Below are positions 49,564-59,633 of a stretch of DNA of 64,000 bases, one piece after another (within the stretch, counting starts at the first letter, position 1; every line of letters begins with the position of its first letter). The DNA comes from Candidatus Hecatella orcuttiae. GTDB taxonomy: Archaea > Thermoproteota > Bathyarchaeia > Hecatellales > Hecatellaceae. The notes beneath the pieces were generated by a model. That model was not told the origin of the DNA. It saw only the letters and a list, made by a program, of their open reading frames with translations, and did not search any database. The stretch spans positions 1 to 64,000 of the forward strand of contig MTLY02000003.1 in assembly GCA_002011035.2 (NCBI GenBank). Reading direction: 5' to 3'. A program made the position numbers and the translations under genes.

Positions 49564-50000
49564 TCGCATCAACTCCTCTTGGCTACCGTTGCGGTGTTTA
49601 AAATATCATCCGATGGGGTTGAAAAATATTTTGGTCTCCTCCCTTTTAGCTGCAGGCATCCACCGGGAGGGTCCTAGAGTCGATCGGGGCATCCATAAGC
49701 ATAAAACTGTTAACCATCCAGTTAACAACCACTTCAACAGCCCCAAAGTTTAAATAAAATTCGTAAAAAGTCTCCCTGCACCTTAAGGCAGCGAATGTGC
49801 ATGTTCCCTCCGCCGATGGGGGCAACATCTAATAGGAGCCTTGCCGAATTTTATGGTTGGACAAGGCCAAGTCAAGCCTAACGTTTCCAAAGGCCGGCGG
49901 AAGAGATGACACCAACCTCCTCCGATGCGGTGTCCGGACTTTTCCAGCTCTGGGGCTTTAACTTCAGGTTTAGCGAAGCCTCCAGAGGAGGCGGTGAGCG

Positions 50001-50291
50001 TTGAGCGAGCCTGCCGTGAGCCCCACGGTCTTCCACTTTCTGGAGAAGCATGTGGGGAAACGGGTGGTCATCATTTTGGACAGGGACTTCGGCTACGAGG
50101 GAAAGATTGAAGCTGTCTCCCACATACCCCCCGGCATCTGGCTGGCTGAAGCTGAAGCTGTGGTTTTGCGGTCTACCATGGTCAACCCCATTCCCAGAGT
50201 TGTGAGCAGGGAGAAGAAAAGCGAACTTTTCATCCATCTGAATTCAGTGCAGAGGGTCGAAGTGCTCAGCACCGGTAAAAGCCGCGATTAG
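50001..50291 (+). CDS. Hypothetical protein, possible divergent Sm/LSm fold
   Basis: GKRV.I.L....YEG.I, I.L..AE, LFI..NSV; GGTGA RBS. Confidence 0.55.
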   Translation: MSEPAVSPTVFHFLEKHVGKRVVIILDRDFGYEGKIEAVSHIPPGIWLAEAEAVVLRSTMVNPIPRVVSREKKSELFIHLNSVQRVEVLSTGKSRD

Positions 50292-50464
50292 AGCGACAGA
50301 AAGAAAGGAGCTAAGCTGATGATCAGGATCACGACTACAACAGCCACGATGACGGCCTGCGGTTTTATCTTAACGCCGAAGGACTCCTCTTCATAGAAAC
50401 GGAGAAGACCGGCCATCGTGCTAGGCATAGGCGCCTCTTCTCTTCTTCTCTTCATCCGGCTCAT
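50288..50464 (-). CDS. secG: Preprotein translocase subunit Sec61beta (58 aa; not in the ORF track)
   Basis: MSRMKRRREEAPMPSTMAGLLRFYEEE..GVKIKP followed by one TM helix. Confidence 0.9.
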   Translation of the reverse strand: MSRMKRRREEAPMPSTMAGLLRFYEEESFGVKIKPQAVIVAVVVVILIISLAPFFLSL

Positions 50465-50639
50465 GGTGATCCTACCGACGGAGCAGCCTAAATCCTATTG
50501 GGACACTGGAGTCTATTAACTTTTCCCGTCAGCCTTAAGCGTTAACGATATTAGTTTCTTTAAAAGTTATTTTAAAAAATTTGGGGCGGCGGGGGTACTG
50601 CGGTCTTCAAGGCTTAAGATTTTTTGGGATGAAGGCATC

Positions 50640-51605
50640 GTGGTTAAGGTCGGTGATTCATCCCTGTGCTTCGACCCTCAAACATCCAAGCCCTCCTATC
50701 CGCATGTTTTCATCTCCCATGCCCACGGCGACCATACTGACGGCTTCAAGTCTCCTCGGCCAACCAAGTACTCAACCCACGCCACTGTCTCCATCTACGA
50801 AACTGTTTTCGGGAGAAAGGTGGAAAAAATCAAAAAGCTAAACTACGGGGACAAGTTCAAGGTCGACGGATTCGAGATCCAGCTTTTCGATTCAGGGCAT
50901 ATCTTAGGCTCCGCAGCCTTCAGCGTTCACACAGGAGAAGGTTTAGTGGTCTACACCGGTGACCTTAACTGCGTTGACACCCTCGTCTCCAAGGCTGCGC
51001 AGCTCGTCTCCTGCGACATCCTCATCATAGAATCCACCTACGGGAGAGCTGAATTCTCCTTTCCCTCCCGAGATTTCCTTTACCGGAAAATGGTTCAGTG
51101 GGTTGTGGAAAAAGTGAATGAGGGGCGAATTCCCGTGTTCTATGTTTATCCCATCGGAAAAGCCCAAGAAGTCATTCGGCTGCTTAACCGGTTTACGGAA
51201 ATCAAAGTTAAGGTTCACCCCCAAATTGCCAAGGTCAACGAAGCCTACACTCGCCTCAACGTTAAACTTGAAGCGTCCCCCTGGGATGGAGTAGGAGAAA
51301 AATGCGTTGCAGTGTATCCAGTGCGTAGGCTTCGGAACGAGTTTGATGGGAGAAACCAAGTCGCGGCTCTAGCCACAGGCTGGGCTTTAAAGTTTACATC
51401 TCTCAGGGAGGGCGTCTTCCCCCTCAGCAGTCATGCTGACTTCCCTCAACTTCTCAACTATGTCAAGGAAGCTAAGCCTAAACTGGTCTACACATGCTTC
51501 GGCTCCAACGTAGAACTGGCTGAAAGCATCAGGCGGAAGCTTGGCATCCCCGCTCAGCCGCTTCCCGCATCAGCGGGCAGCAAGTCCATGCCATCCTATT
51601 TTTAG
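50640..51605 (+). CDS. MBL-fold beta-CASP nuclease
   Basis: SHAHGDH, GHILGS, YTGD, ESTYG, GKAQE, LSSHADF. Confidence 0.9.
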   Translation: MVKVGDSSLCFDPQTSKPSYPHVFISHAHGDHTDGFKSPRPTKYSTHATVSIYETVFGRKVEKIKKLNYGDKFKVDGFEIQLFDSGHILGSAAFSVHTGEGLVVYTGDLNCVDTLVSKAAQLVSCDILIIESTYGRAEFSFPSRDFLYRKMVQWVVEKVNEGRIPVFYVYPIGKAQEVIRLLNRFTEIKVKVHPQIAKVNEAYTRLNVKLEASPWDGVGEKCVAVYPVRRLRNEFDGRNQVAALATGWALKFTSLREGVFPLSSHADFPQLLNYVKEAKPKLVYTCFGSNVELAESIRRKLGIPAQPLPASAGSKSMPSYF

Positions 51606-51621
51606 GTCTGGGGCCTCGGTG

Positions 51622-52488
51622 TTAGAGTAGCACGTCTAAGATTATGGCTAGAAACAGCAGCCCCAAGTAGGGGCTGGAATATTTGTACACGATCCAAGCA
51701 TTTTTTCCAGTGGGCTGAAGGGCGAGGAAGACGTTCAAAGTCAATATGGCAGCGCCCAGCCCGAGGGCGGAAAAGAGATAACCCCATCCTAATCCGTCTG
51801 TCATGTAGAGTAGGAAGGAAAAGGCTACCAGTAGAGTTGAGGTGAAGGCTATGCACCGGACGGCTTTCTTCTCCTCCACCAGGGTGGGAAGCATGGGAAC
51901 TTTCGCCCTCCGATAGTCTTCTTTGAACCTTATGGCTAGGCTCCAGATGTGGGTGGGGATCCACAGAACCACCACGGCTGCCAGCAGAAACGCGGAGAGA
52001 GTTAATGTGCCTGTAACCGCAGCATAGCCCACCAGCACGGGGGCTCCTCCCGAGAAGCTTCCAAACAGAATGTTGAGGGGATTCTTCCTCTTCAAAAATC
52101 TGCTGTAGACTAGAACATTATCTAAGACAGCCAGAAAAATCAGGAAAGTGCAAAGTAGATTGACCGTGGAGGATGCGGCTAAGGATAAGGAGACCAGAAA
52201 AAGGCCTGAGTATAAGGCTTTTTCAGGAGGCGCTATCCTACCAGCGGGTAAAGGCCTCTTTTTCGTTCGAAGCATCTTCGAATCTACCTCCCTGTCCAAG
52301 TAGCTGGTAAGCATGTTGGCTCCTGCCGTAGCGCATGTTCCTGAGAATATCACAGCCACAAGGAGGGGCGTAGGATTGTGAAAAACCTCCTCGCCGACAG
52401 CGAAGATCGCGCCTCCGATTCCTGTGAAGAGGAGGAGAGCGATGCTCCGAGGTTTTGCGATTTCAACATAGGCTCGAAAGACCTGCAT
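51622..52488 (-). CDS. cyoE: Protoheme IX farnesyltransferase (heme o synthase)
   Basis: KPR, DR..D..M.RT..RPLP.G, LKR, W.P.H.W.LA....EDY..A.VPMLP. Confidence 0.92.
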   Translation of the reverse strand: MQVFRAYVEIAKPRSIALLLFTGIGGAIFAVGEEVFHNPTPLLVAVIFSGTCATAGANMLTSYLDREVDSKMLRTKKRPLPAGRIAPPEKALYSGLFLVSLSLAASSTVNLLCTFLIFLAVLDNVLVYSRFLKRKNPLNILFGSFSGGAPVLVGYAAVTGTLTLSAFLLAAVVVLWIPTHIWSLAIRFKEDYRRAKVPMLPTLVEEKKAVRCIAFTSTLLVAFSFLLYMTDGLGWGYLFSALGLGAAILTLNVFLALQPTGKNAWIVYKYSSPYLGLLFLAIILDVLL

Positions 52489-52610
52489 TCCCGCATCCTC
52501 TTCTACGGCCAGCTCTTCTCTAGAAATATGATTTCCTCTGATAACTTTATCTGCATGACCGGTTTCCCATCAACGGTGAAAAGTTCAGAGTAAACCTGCG
52601 CCGGGTGTAG

Positions 52611-52859
52611 ATGGTGGCATTGAATTTGGAAGAGTGCTTGAAAAGTCCCCTATGGCCTCTACTGGTTGAAACAGCCCACGCCATTCCAACCTATCCCTAC
52701 CACAAAAGCTACGTCAGAGACGTCCTCCTCCGGGATAACCCAACTGTCGACGCTTCAGAAGTACATCTCCGCTTGGGCATCCCCCTAGGAGAGGCTTTGG
52801 TCATTCTCAACGAGTTGAAAACTCAAAAGTCAAACAAATCAGAGGACGGAGGGGGTTGA
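52611..52859 (+). CDS. Hypothetical protein
   Basis: 82-aa ORF filling the intergenic space; possible HTH-like C-terminus (RLGIPLGEALVIL). Confidence 0.6.
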   Translation: MVALNLEECLKSPLWPLLVETAHAIPTYPYHKSYVRDVLLRDNPTVDASEVHLRLGIPLGEALVILNELKTQKSNKSEDGGG

Positions 52860-52875
52860 GGTTCTCCCAGCAGCC

Positions 52876-53253
52876 TTACTTTCTGCTCTGCTGCTTTTTC
52901 TGGTAGTCAGCTATGGCTGCATGCAACCCGTCGGCGGCTAGGTTGCTGCAGTGCATCTTGATGGGGGGCAGACCGCCTAGCGCCTGAGCTACGTCCATCT
53001 TGGAGATGCGGAGGGCTTCTTCCAGAGTTTTACCCTTAGCCATCTCCGTCACCATGCTGCTGGTGGCGATGGCCGCTCCGCAGCCGAAAGTCTTGAATTT
53101 CACATCCTCCAGCCGGCCGTCTTTGACTTTGATGTAGATGGTCATCAAGTCTCCGCACACGGGGTTTCCCACCCGGCCTACTCCGTCAGCGTCGGGGATC
53201 TCCCCCATGTTCCTAGGGTTGCGGAAATGCTCCATCACCTTCTCAGAATACAT
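52876..53253 (-). CDS. iscU: Fe-S cluster scaffold IscU/NifU
   Basis: HFRNPRN.G, GNPVCGD, FGCG.AIA, LPP.KMHC. Confidence 0.96.
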   Translation of the reverse strand: MYSEKVMEHFRNPRNMGEIPDADGVGRVGNPVCGDLMTIYIKVKDGRLEDVKFKTFGCGAAIATSSMVTEMAKGKTLEEALRISKMDVAQALGGLPPIKMHCSNLAADGLHAAIADYQKKQQSRK

Positions 53254-53304
53254 GTCTGCACCCCCAGCTTACCCCCGGTCTTCCGCGTTTTCAAGCCTCC
53301 AACT

Positions 53305-54498
53305 TTAAGTCAGCTGCCTCTTTATTATAGGTTCTTCCCAGAGGGGAGACATCTCCCTTAGCCTGCAGACAACCTCGCACACAGCCTCCACCGCGTAGTC
53401 TACTTCCTCCTCGGTGTTCTCTCTTCCCAGCGTCAGCCTCAACGACCCTCGAGCTTCCACATCGTTCAGCCCTAGGGCCCTCAGGATGTGGGAAGGTTCG
53501 CTTTTCTTGGAGGAGCATGCGGAGCCGGTGGAGGCGGCTATGCCCTTCTCATCTAGGCCTAGGATGAGGGCTTCCCCCTCTATTCCCGCGAAGCCAAAGT
53601 GGGCGTTGTGAGGCAGTCTCTGCGTGGGATGGCCGTTAAGCCACGATTTCGGCAAGCCTTCGAGGATGCCTCGGATCAGTCTGTCCCTCAACCCGGTGAG
53701 ATATTTTCTGTCCTTCTCCATTCTCTGGGCAGCCAGCTCAGCGGCTTTTCCCAAGCCCACGATGCCGGGGATGTTTTCTGTTCCTGAACGGAGGTTTTTT
53801 TCATGGCCTCCGCCATGGAGGAGAGGCATGGGGGCGAGGTTTCCTTGAACGTAGAGAGCTCCCACGCCTTTAGGGCCGTGGATTTTGTGGCTGGAGAGGG
53901 AGAGCATGTTCACGTTCATTCTCTTCACGTCCACCGGTATCTTCCCCACCGACTGAACAGCGTCTGTGTGGAAAAGTACACCTTTCTCCCGGGCTATCTC
54001 GCCTATTTCCTCCAGAGGCTGAACGGTGCCTATTTCGTTGTTGGCGTGCTGAATGGTTACAAGAACCGTGGCAGGGCTGATGGCCTTCTCCAACATTGCC
54101 AAATCCACGAGGCCTTCCCTGTTCACAGGGAGATATTCCACCTGAAAGCCTAAACTTTCCAGATAGCGGCAGCTCTCCAACACTGCAGGGTGCTCCACCC
54201 GGCTAGTGACCACATGGGGGCCTCCGGGTTTTTTCCCCTGCGCGAGCACTAGGCCTTTGATGGCTAGGTTGTCAGATTCTGTGCCTCCGGAGGTAAAGAC
54301 GATCTCCCTCTCCTCAGCCCCTATCAACTCGGCCACACTTCGCCGGGCGGCCTCTAGGGCTTCATGGGCCTCCCGGCCGAAGCGGTGTAGGCTGGAGGCG
54401 TTTCCAAACCGCTCAGAAAAGTAGGGCAGCATGGCTTGAACCACTTCAGGGTCTACGGGGGTGGTGGCCGCGTGGTCTAAGTAGATTCTCCTAGGCAA
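53305..54498 (-). CDS. iscS: Cysteine desulfurase
   Basis: YLDHAATTP, FTSGGTESDN, HTDAVQ, SSHKIHGPKG, GSACSS. Confidence 0.96.
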   Translation of the reverse strand: MPRRIYLDHAATTPVDPEVVQAMLPYFSERFGNASSLHRFGREAHEALEAARRSVAELIGAEEREIVFTSGGTESDNLAIKGLVLAQGKKPGGPHVVTSRVEHPAVLESCRYLESLGFQVEYLPVNREGLVDLAMLEKAISPATVLVTIQHANNEIGTVQPLEEIGEIAREKGVLFHTDAVQSVGKIPVDVKRMNVNMLSLSSHKIHGPKGVGALYVQGNLAPMPLLHGGGHEKNLRSGTENIPGIVGLGKAAELAAQRMEKDRKYLTGLRDRLIRGILEGLPKSWLNGHPTQRLPHNAHFGFAGIEGEALILGLDEKGIAASTGSACSSKKSEPSHILRALGLNDVEARGSLRLTLGRENTEEEVDYAVEAVCEVVCRLREMSPLWEEPIIKRQLT

Positions 54499-54574
54499 AG
54501 CTTCTTAAACCCCCAAAAAACCTGCGGGTAGATTGGATGGTTTTCTTCTCCAACCTACCCTAACTATAACGCGG

Positions 54575-55228
54575 TTATAAGTCTATCGACCTACCGACCG
54601 CCGGAGAGGAGTCTGCTTTTAACTGTTGAAAGAGTTTCCTGCGATACTCCGCCTCCAAGTAGCCGGCTTTGTAAAGGTGGTTGAAAAGCTCGCTGACCTT
54701 GAGGAAGGAATGCAGCTTAATTCCCTTGGAGGCAAGGTTTCTTGCTCCCCCCTCCTCCCTGTCTATAAGAACGAGGGCGTAGGGGGTTTTCCCTCCCACC
54801 TCCCACACGGCCTCCGCGGCCTCCAAAACCGACTTACCGGTGGTGATGAGATCGTCCACGAGGAGCACCGAATCCCCCGGCTTCACCGAACCTTCCACCC
54901 GTTTCCCCCGACCCCAAGCCTTCGCCTCTTTCCTCACGTAGATCAGAGGCTTCCGAAGGTTGAAGGCTAAAACTGAGGCGAAAGTCATACCGGCGGTGGG
55001 GATACCTGCCACCGAGTTAAAATTTTTTAAGCCGATTTTTTTAGCCTCCTCACCGTAGAGACGGGCAATCTTCCGGAAAGCCTGAGGGTGGCTGGGCACA
55101 ATCCTCAAGTCGATGTAGTAGAAGCTTTCCCTGCCGCTGGTCAGCTTGAAGGAGCCGAATTTCACGGCTTCTACTTCAGCTAGGAGGAGGGAGATTTCCC
55201 GTTTGAGAGAACGGAGCTTCCCTTTCAT
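54575..55228 (-). CDS. pyrE: Orotate phosphoribosyltransferase
   Basis: F.LTSGR.S.YYID.R, YVRKE.K..G, LVDDLITTG.S. Confidence 0.94.
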   Translation of the reverse strand: MKGKLRSLKREISLLLAEVEAVKFGSFKLTSGRESFYYIDLRIVPSHPQAFRKIARLYGEEAKKIGLKNFNSVAGIPTAGMTFASVLAFNLRKPLIYVRKEAKAWGRGKRVEGSVKPGDSVLLVDDLITTGKSVLEAAEAVWEVGGKTPYALVLIDREEGGARNLASKGIKLHSFLKVSELFNHLYKAGYLEAEYRRKLFQQLKADSSPAVGRSIDL

Positions 55229-55290
55229 GTTGAACCGCTCGAAATAAAAATAAACTCCCACCCTATAAAGATAAGACCGAGGTAGGCTGG

Positions 55291-56577
55291 ATGGTTGAAG
55301 TATGGATTCCCTACGGGATCACGGAAGTATGTCTTACGGCACCCGCTGAAAACTTTTTGGGCACCATAGAGCCTAAGCTCCACCCTCAAACCCCAGTGGA
55401 GGCTGAGGCTGAACTGCGAAAAGCCTTGGAGAACCCCCTTCGAACTCCTAGGCTTAGGGAACTTGTCAAAGCCGGAGACAAGGTGGCCATAGCCATCGAC
55501 GGCGATGCGGAGTTTCTTCCCTTGCAGGCTCTGTTTTCTCTTTTAAGAGAAGAGTTAAAGGAAGGCGGTGTCCTAACTTCCGACATCACTGTTTTCTTCG
55601 GCCGAGGTTTGATGAAACCCCCCACCTCTGAGTGGGTTTCAGGTTTGCTGGGGGAAGCTGGAGGAGAAATGCGGATAGAGGTTCACGACCCCTCAGACGC
55701 TGAAAACTTGGTGGAGCTGGGAACCACCAGCTACAGGACGAGGGTTTTCGTCAACAGGAGGTTTTCCCAAGCGGATGTCAAAATTGCCCTCGGAAGGATA
55801 GGACTCCACACCTACGCCGGCTACAGCGGAGGCGCGCAGGCCGTCCTGAACGCCGTCGGCGGGCTGAGGACTCTTCAGCACAATTATTCCCTCGCCTTCG
55901 ACCCCAGGGCTGAAGTCGGCCGGCTGGCGGAAAACCCCGTCCACTTGGATGGGGTGGAAACGGCTAGAATGGTAGGGGTTGATTTCGCAGTAAACCTGCT
56001 GACCGACGAGGCACGCCAACCTTTGAAGGCTTTCGCTGGAAGCTTGGAAGCCAGTTTCCACGAGGGAGTTGAGGCCGCAAGAAGCTTGTGGGAGGTTCCC
56101 GTAGGGAAGAAAGCCGGCATCATCGCCGTCAGCCCGGGAGGTCATCCCTACGACGTGAGCCTCTACGAGGCTCAAGACGCCCTGCTGCGGGTGATGGGTA
56201 TCCTCGACGAGGAGGCGGTGGTGGTCTTCGCCGCGGAGTGCAGCCAAGGATTCGGCGGCTTCGAATACTTGGAATGGATCGATGAAACTAGGACTCTCGA
56301 CGACGTTAGGGAGCTGCTGAGAAAAGGTCCTGTCTACGGCTTCCACAAGGTCTTCCAGCTTAGGAACAGTCTTCAAAAAGCCCGGGTGATAGCCGTCACA
56401 GCCCTCCCGGAGAACATCACTTCAAACCTTTTCGGGTTTCGGACAGCCCGCTCGGTGGGGGACGCCATGGAAACAGCTTTCAGGCTGGCGGGGAGAAAAT
56501 CCAAGGTCTGGGTTGTTCCCCGCGCCATGAAGGTTCTGCCTGTTTTCTCACCACAAGATGACAGCGCTCAAGGCTAG
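55291..56577 (+). CDS. LarA (lactate racemase)-fold protein with degenerate active site
   Basis: ALENP, G.TS..T.V.VN, H..AGYSGG, NPVH.D, SPGG.P.D, AECS.G. Confidence 0.82.
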   Translation: MVEVWIPYGITEVCLTAPAENFLGTIEPKLHPQTPVEAEAELRKALENPLRTPRLRELVKAGDKVAIAIDGDAEFLPLQALFSLLREELKEGGVLTSDITVFFGRGLMKPPTSEWVSGLLGEAGGEMRIEVHDPSDAENLVELGTTSYRTRVFVNRRFSQADVKIALGRIGLHTYAGYSGGAQAVLNAVGGLRTLQHNYSLAFDPRAEVGRLAENPVHLDGVETARMVGVDFAVNLLTDEARQPLKAFAGSLEASFHEGVEAARSLWEVPVGKKAGIIAVSPGGHPYDVSLYEAQDALLRVMGILDEEAVVVFAAECSQGFGGFEYLEWIDETRTLDDVRELLRKGPVYGFHKVFQLRNSLQKARVIAVTALPENITSNLFGFRTARSVGDAMETAFRLAGRKSKVWVVPRAMKVLPVFSPQDDSAQG

Positions 56578-57714
56578 GATGACATAGGCCAGGACGCCCA
56601 AAACCTTCTTCTTAGGGGAGAGAGGCGACACCTCATCCAGCGGGCCTATGCCTCTGCCCTGAGCCATGAGGAATAGAATCAGCAAGCCGAAAAACCAAAA
56701 CCCGGTGGCGAAAGCTATGAGCATGCCTGCCATGGATGCAACCCTATGGCCTTTTTCCCCAAACATGGCGTTGGCGATATGGCCTCCGTCCAGCTGCCAT
56801 ATGGGCAGAAGGTTGAGGAAAGTTATGACGAAGCCCAGCCACGCGGCTAACCCGATGGGCGGAACCAAGGCCACATAACCCAAGGGCGCCTCCGGGTTTA
56901 CCAAGGAGCTGAGCAGCAGCCAAGCTAAGGAGGGAGGCATCTCAAGGAGGAAGGCTCCCTGCGCCTCCAACTGCTTTAAGAAGGCCTCATCCACTAGGTG
57001 GGCGGTTTGGAGAGATAGGTAAGCCACCACTAGGGTGACGGCGAAGCCTGTGAGAGGACCGCTGATCCCCAGCTCGAAGAGCTGGTCTCGGTTGATGGGC
57101 GGCTCCTTCTGCATTATCACCGCCCCGAAGGTTCCGAAGCCTATGGGGAAAGGGGGTCCTGGGATGAAGTAGGGAACCGTAGCCTCCAAGCCTCTCCTCA
57201 TGCTTAGGGTTTTGTGGCCCAGCTCATGGAGGCCTACGATGCCCAGCAGGGCGGCGGTGAAGTAGAGGGAGTGGATGAAAACGTCCTCTCCGAAGAGCTC
57301 AGCCCAGGAAACCGAGTTGAAGTAGCCGCTGGCGAAGATGGTGCCGAAGGTTACGAGGAAAAGAATCAGAGGCAGCCTTCCCCCTCTCCCCGGCTTTCTC
57401 TGGGGTTTGGGGAAAACCTGGATGACCGTCCGCCCGGCTCTCCTTCGGAGAAAGGGCATGAGGCCGTAGGGCTTCATCTTATGGACGAGGTGTTCAAAGG
57501 CTTCCTTGGATGAATCCCTCAGGTGAACGATGAAGATGGGGACGTCGAACTCGAACATGGAAGCCTCCACGTAGAACTCTGAGGCTACAAGGCTGTGCAT
57601 CTCCCTCAAGGTAAGAGGGGGGGAAACTGCAGAGTCAAAGGGGCTGTAGCCCATAGGTTTTCGACCGCAGGGAGTTTTCTCCTTCAGAATGCCTTTGAAA
57701 GCAAAGGCGGACAT
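56548..57714 (-). CDS. Site-2 (M50) intramembrane metalloprotease
   Basis: HELGH, GTFGAVI, GP..GF, NLLP..QLDGGH; start uncertain. Confidence 0.92.
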   Translation of the reverse strand: MSAFAFKGILKEKTPCGRKPMGYSPFDSAVSPPLTLREMHSLVASEFYVEASMFEFDVPIFIVHLRDSSKEAFEHLVHKMKPYGLMPFLRRRAGRTVIQVFPKPQRKPGRGGRLPLILFLVTFGTIFASGYFNSVSWAELFGEDVFIHSLYFTAALLGIVGLHELGHKTLSMRRGLEATVPYFIPGPPFPIGFGTFGAVIMQKEPPINRDQLFELGISGPLTGFAVTLVVAYLSLQTAHLVDEAFLKQLEAQGAFLLEMPPSLAWLLLSSLVNPEAPLGYVALVPPIGLAAWLGFVITFLNLLPIWQLDGGHIANAMFGEKGHRVASMAGMLIAFATGFWFFGLLILFLMAQGRGIGPLDEVSPLSPKKKVLGVLAYVILALSAVILW

Positions 57715-57791
57715 CCATTGGAATCCAGGAGTTGGATGTTAAATTAGATAGCCGGGAAGCTTAATAAAAAAGTTGTGAATTTGGTCTAGGT

Positions 57792-58364
57792 ATGGAGGTT
57801 AAGCTTCCCCCTTCCTCTCCTCCACCCTACAGGCTTCGAAGGTTCAAAGCCAGCGACCTAGACAGCGTCATGGCCATCAACCGAGCCTGCCTGCCGGAAA
57901 ACTACAGCGGAGCATTTTTCCTAGACCTCCACAAGGATGCCCCTCACTCTTTCATGGTGGCTGAGCATGAGGGCAGAGTGGTAGGCTACATCATGTGCAG
58001 GGTGGAGTTCGGCTTCTCTGAGCTTCAAAGGTTTAAAGTCTCTCGGAAGGGTCACATAATTTCCGTGGCCGTGCTGCCTGAGCATAGAAACCGGGGAGTA
58101 GGGCTGGCTTTGCTCACAGCCGCCCTCAAGGCTCTTCAAAGCCATTACAACTGCAGCGAAGCCTACTTGGAGGTTAGAGTCAGCAACCGGGAAGCCATCA
58201 ACCTTTACAGGAAGCTGGGGTTTAAACCCATGAAAACCGTTCAGGGATACTACCTCAACGGCGAAGCCGCCTCAGTCATGGGCCGCAGGCTGCCTTTGGA
58301 GAAGGAGGAGGAAGAACGCTTCCCCAAGGAGATAATCATCAGCCCTGAAGAAAATCAGCCTTAA
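57792..58364 (+). CDS. N-terminal acetyltransferase (Ard1/RimI GNAT)
   Basis: LPENY, GYIMCR.E, KGHI.S.AV, YLEVRVSN..AI.LY, YY..GE.A..M. Confidence 0.93.
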   Translation: MEVKLPPSSPPPYRLRRFKASDLDSVMAINRACLPENYSGAFFLDLHKDAPHSFMVAEHEGRVVGYIMCRVEFGFSELQRFKVSRKGHIISVAVLPEHRNRGVGLALLTAALKALQSHYNCSEAYLEVRVSNREAINLYRKLGFKPMKTVQGYYLNGEAASVMGRRLPLEKEEEERFPKEIIISPEENQP

Positions 58365-59517
58365 AGTTCAGGCCCCGGGGAATAGGTTCTCCGGCTTTCA
58401 TGACCACTCTGCCATCCACTCGGAGCTCCCCTTTCTCCATTCCCTTTATCATGTCCAAGTGGGAGGAAGCCTTGTTTTTCCCGTGGTAGGCGCCTGTGTT
58501 GCTGCCGATAGCCAGGTGGATGGTTTTGTAGATTTTCTCGTCGATGATGATGCTTCCCCCTGTGTATTCGGCTCCGGGGTTGCAGCCGATTCCCAGCTCA
58601 GCGATCCTGTCCTTCTCCCCGGTGTTGGCGTTGAGAAACTTGGTGAAGACCTCTTCTCCCTCAGCCGCCCTGTAGCTGGAGATTTTCCCATCCTTAAACT
58701 CCAACCATAGGCCTCGAATCTTTCCGAAACCCGGAATGGCCACGTTCTCGAAGAAGATCCTACCGTTGGCGCTGGTTTCGATGGGAGCCACAAAGACCTC
58801 GCCGGAAGGAATGTTCAAGCCCACATCCCCCCGTTTCAGGTCTTCCTCGGAGATAACGGCGTCGTCGACGAGGATAGGCCTCCCCCTTATCTCGAAACTC
58901 AATTCCGTGCCATCCTCAGCTCTGATCTCCACGACTCCACCGCCTTCCAAGGCTTCTCTGTAAAAGTTGCAAAGGCTCTGCAGCTTGTCTGTGAAGGAGT
59001 TTCGGATGCTGTTGAAGAAGATGCTCCTAAACTTTTCCACTGGGCAGCCGTAGCCCTCCGCTGCTCCGGGAATAGGCCATCCCATGTAGGCCCATCGAAC
59101 CTTCCGGGCGTCTAGGATTTCTCTGAGTTTCTGCCGGTTGGGAGCGGTCAGCTTGATTCTTTCCGCGAGGTCCTTGGACCATTGGGGATCGTCTTCCTCC
59201 CCGATGAAGAGGGTTACGTCCACGGTTTCAACTAAAGCCTTGGCCAGGGGGTCCATTTCCCGGAGGGATTCCTCGGGTTTCAAGCTGTATTTCAGCTTCT
59301 CCCTCCCAGACCTGTAGGTCAGCGTCAGGGTGTGGGCGCCCACCTTCCAGCATTCTTCCTCCACCTTGAAGGCGAAGTCAACGCAGGTGGGGTCGGTGGC
59401 GTTGTAGAGGATTCTGACCGACTCGAAGCCTCCGTCAGGTTTTCTCCCGATCTTCAGAGATTCATTAACCAACGAGCGGGCTATGCTTTCTTTTTCTTCC
59501 TCGGTAAGTTCCGTCAT
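58339..59517 (-). CDS. M29-family aminopeptidase
   Basis: N.PSGEVF.AP, IAELGIG.N, DEKI..T.HLAIG, S..H.D. Confidence 0.9.
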   Translation of the reverse strand: MTELTEEEKESIARSLVNESLKIGRKPDGGFESVRILYNATDPTCVDFAFKVEEECWKVGAHTLTLTYRSGREKLKYSLKPEESLREMDPLAKALVETVDVTLFIGEEDDPQWSKDLAERIKLTAPNRQKLREILDARKVRWAYMGWPIPGAAEGYGCPVEKFRSIFFNSIRNSFTDKLQSLCNFYREALEGGGVVEIRAEDGTELSFEIRGRPILVDDAVISEEDLKRGDVGLNIPSGEVFVAPIETSANGRIFFENVAIPGFGKIRGLWLEFKDGKISSYRAAEGEEVFTKFLNANTGEKDRIAELGIGCNPGAEYTGGSIIIDEKIYKTIHLAIGSNTGAYHGKNKASSHLDMIKGMEKGELRVDGRVVMKAGEPIPRGLNFKADFLQG

Positions 59518-59633
59518 GGTTTTCCTCTCCGCTGTGGGAATGTGGCAGAAAGACCTTTCACGCCATCCCATAAAAGTTTTAATCAACCTCGCCTTTCTAC
59601 TGCCTAACCCCTCTCAAGCGCAGGGTGTTATCT

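Noticed and set aside
49900-49955. Second C/D-box-like sequence (AGATGA-12 nt-CCGA...)
   Set aside because: C' and D boxes are degenerate and there is no convincing rRNA complement in the window
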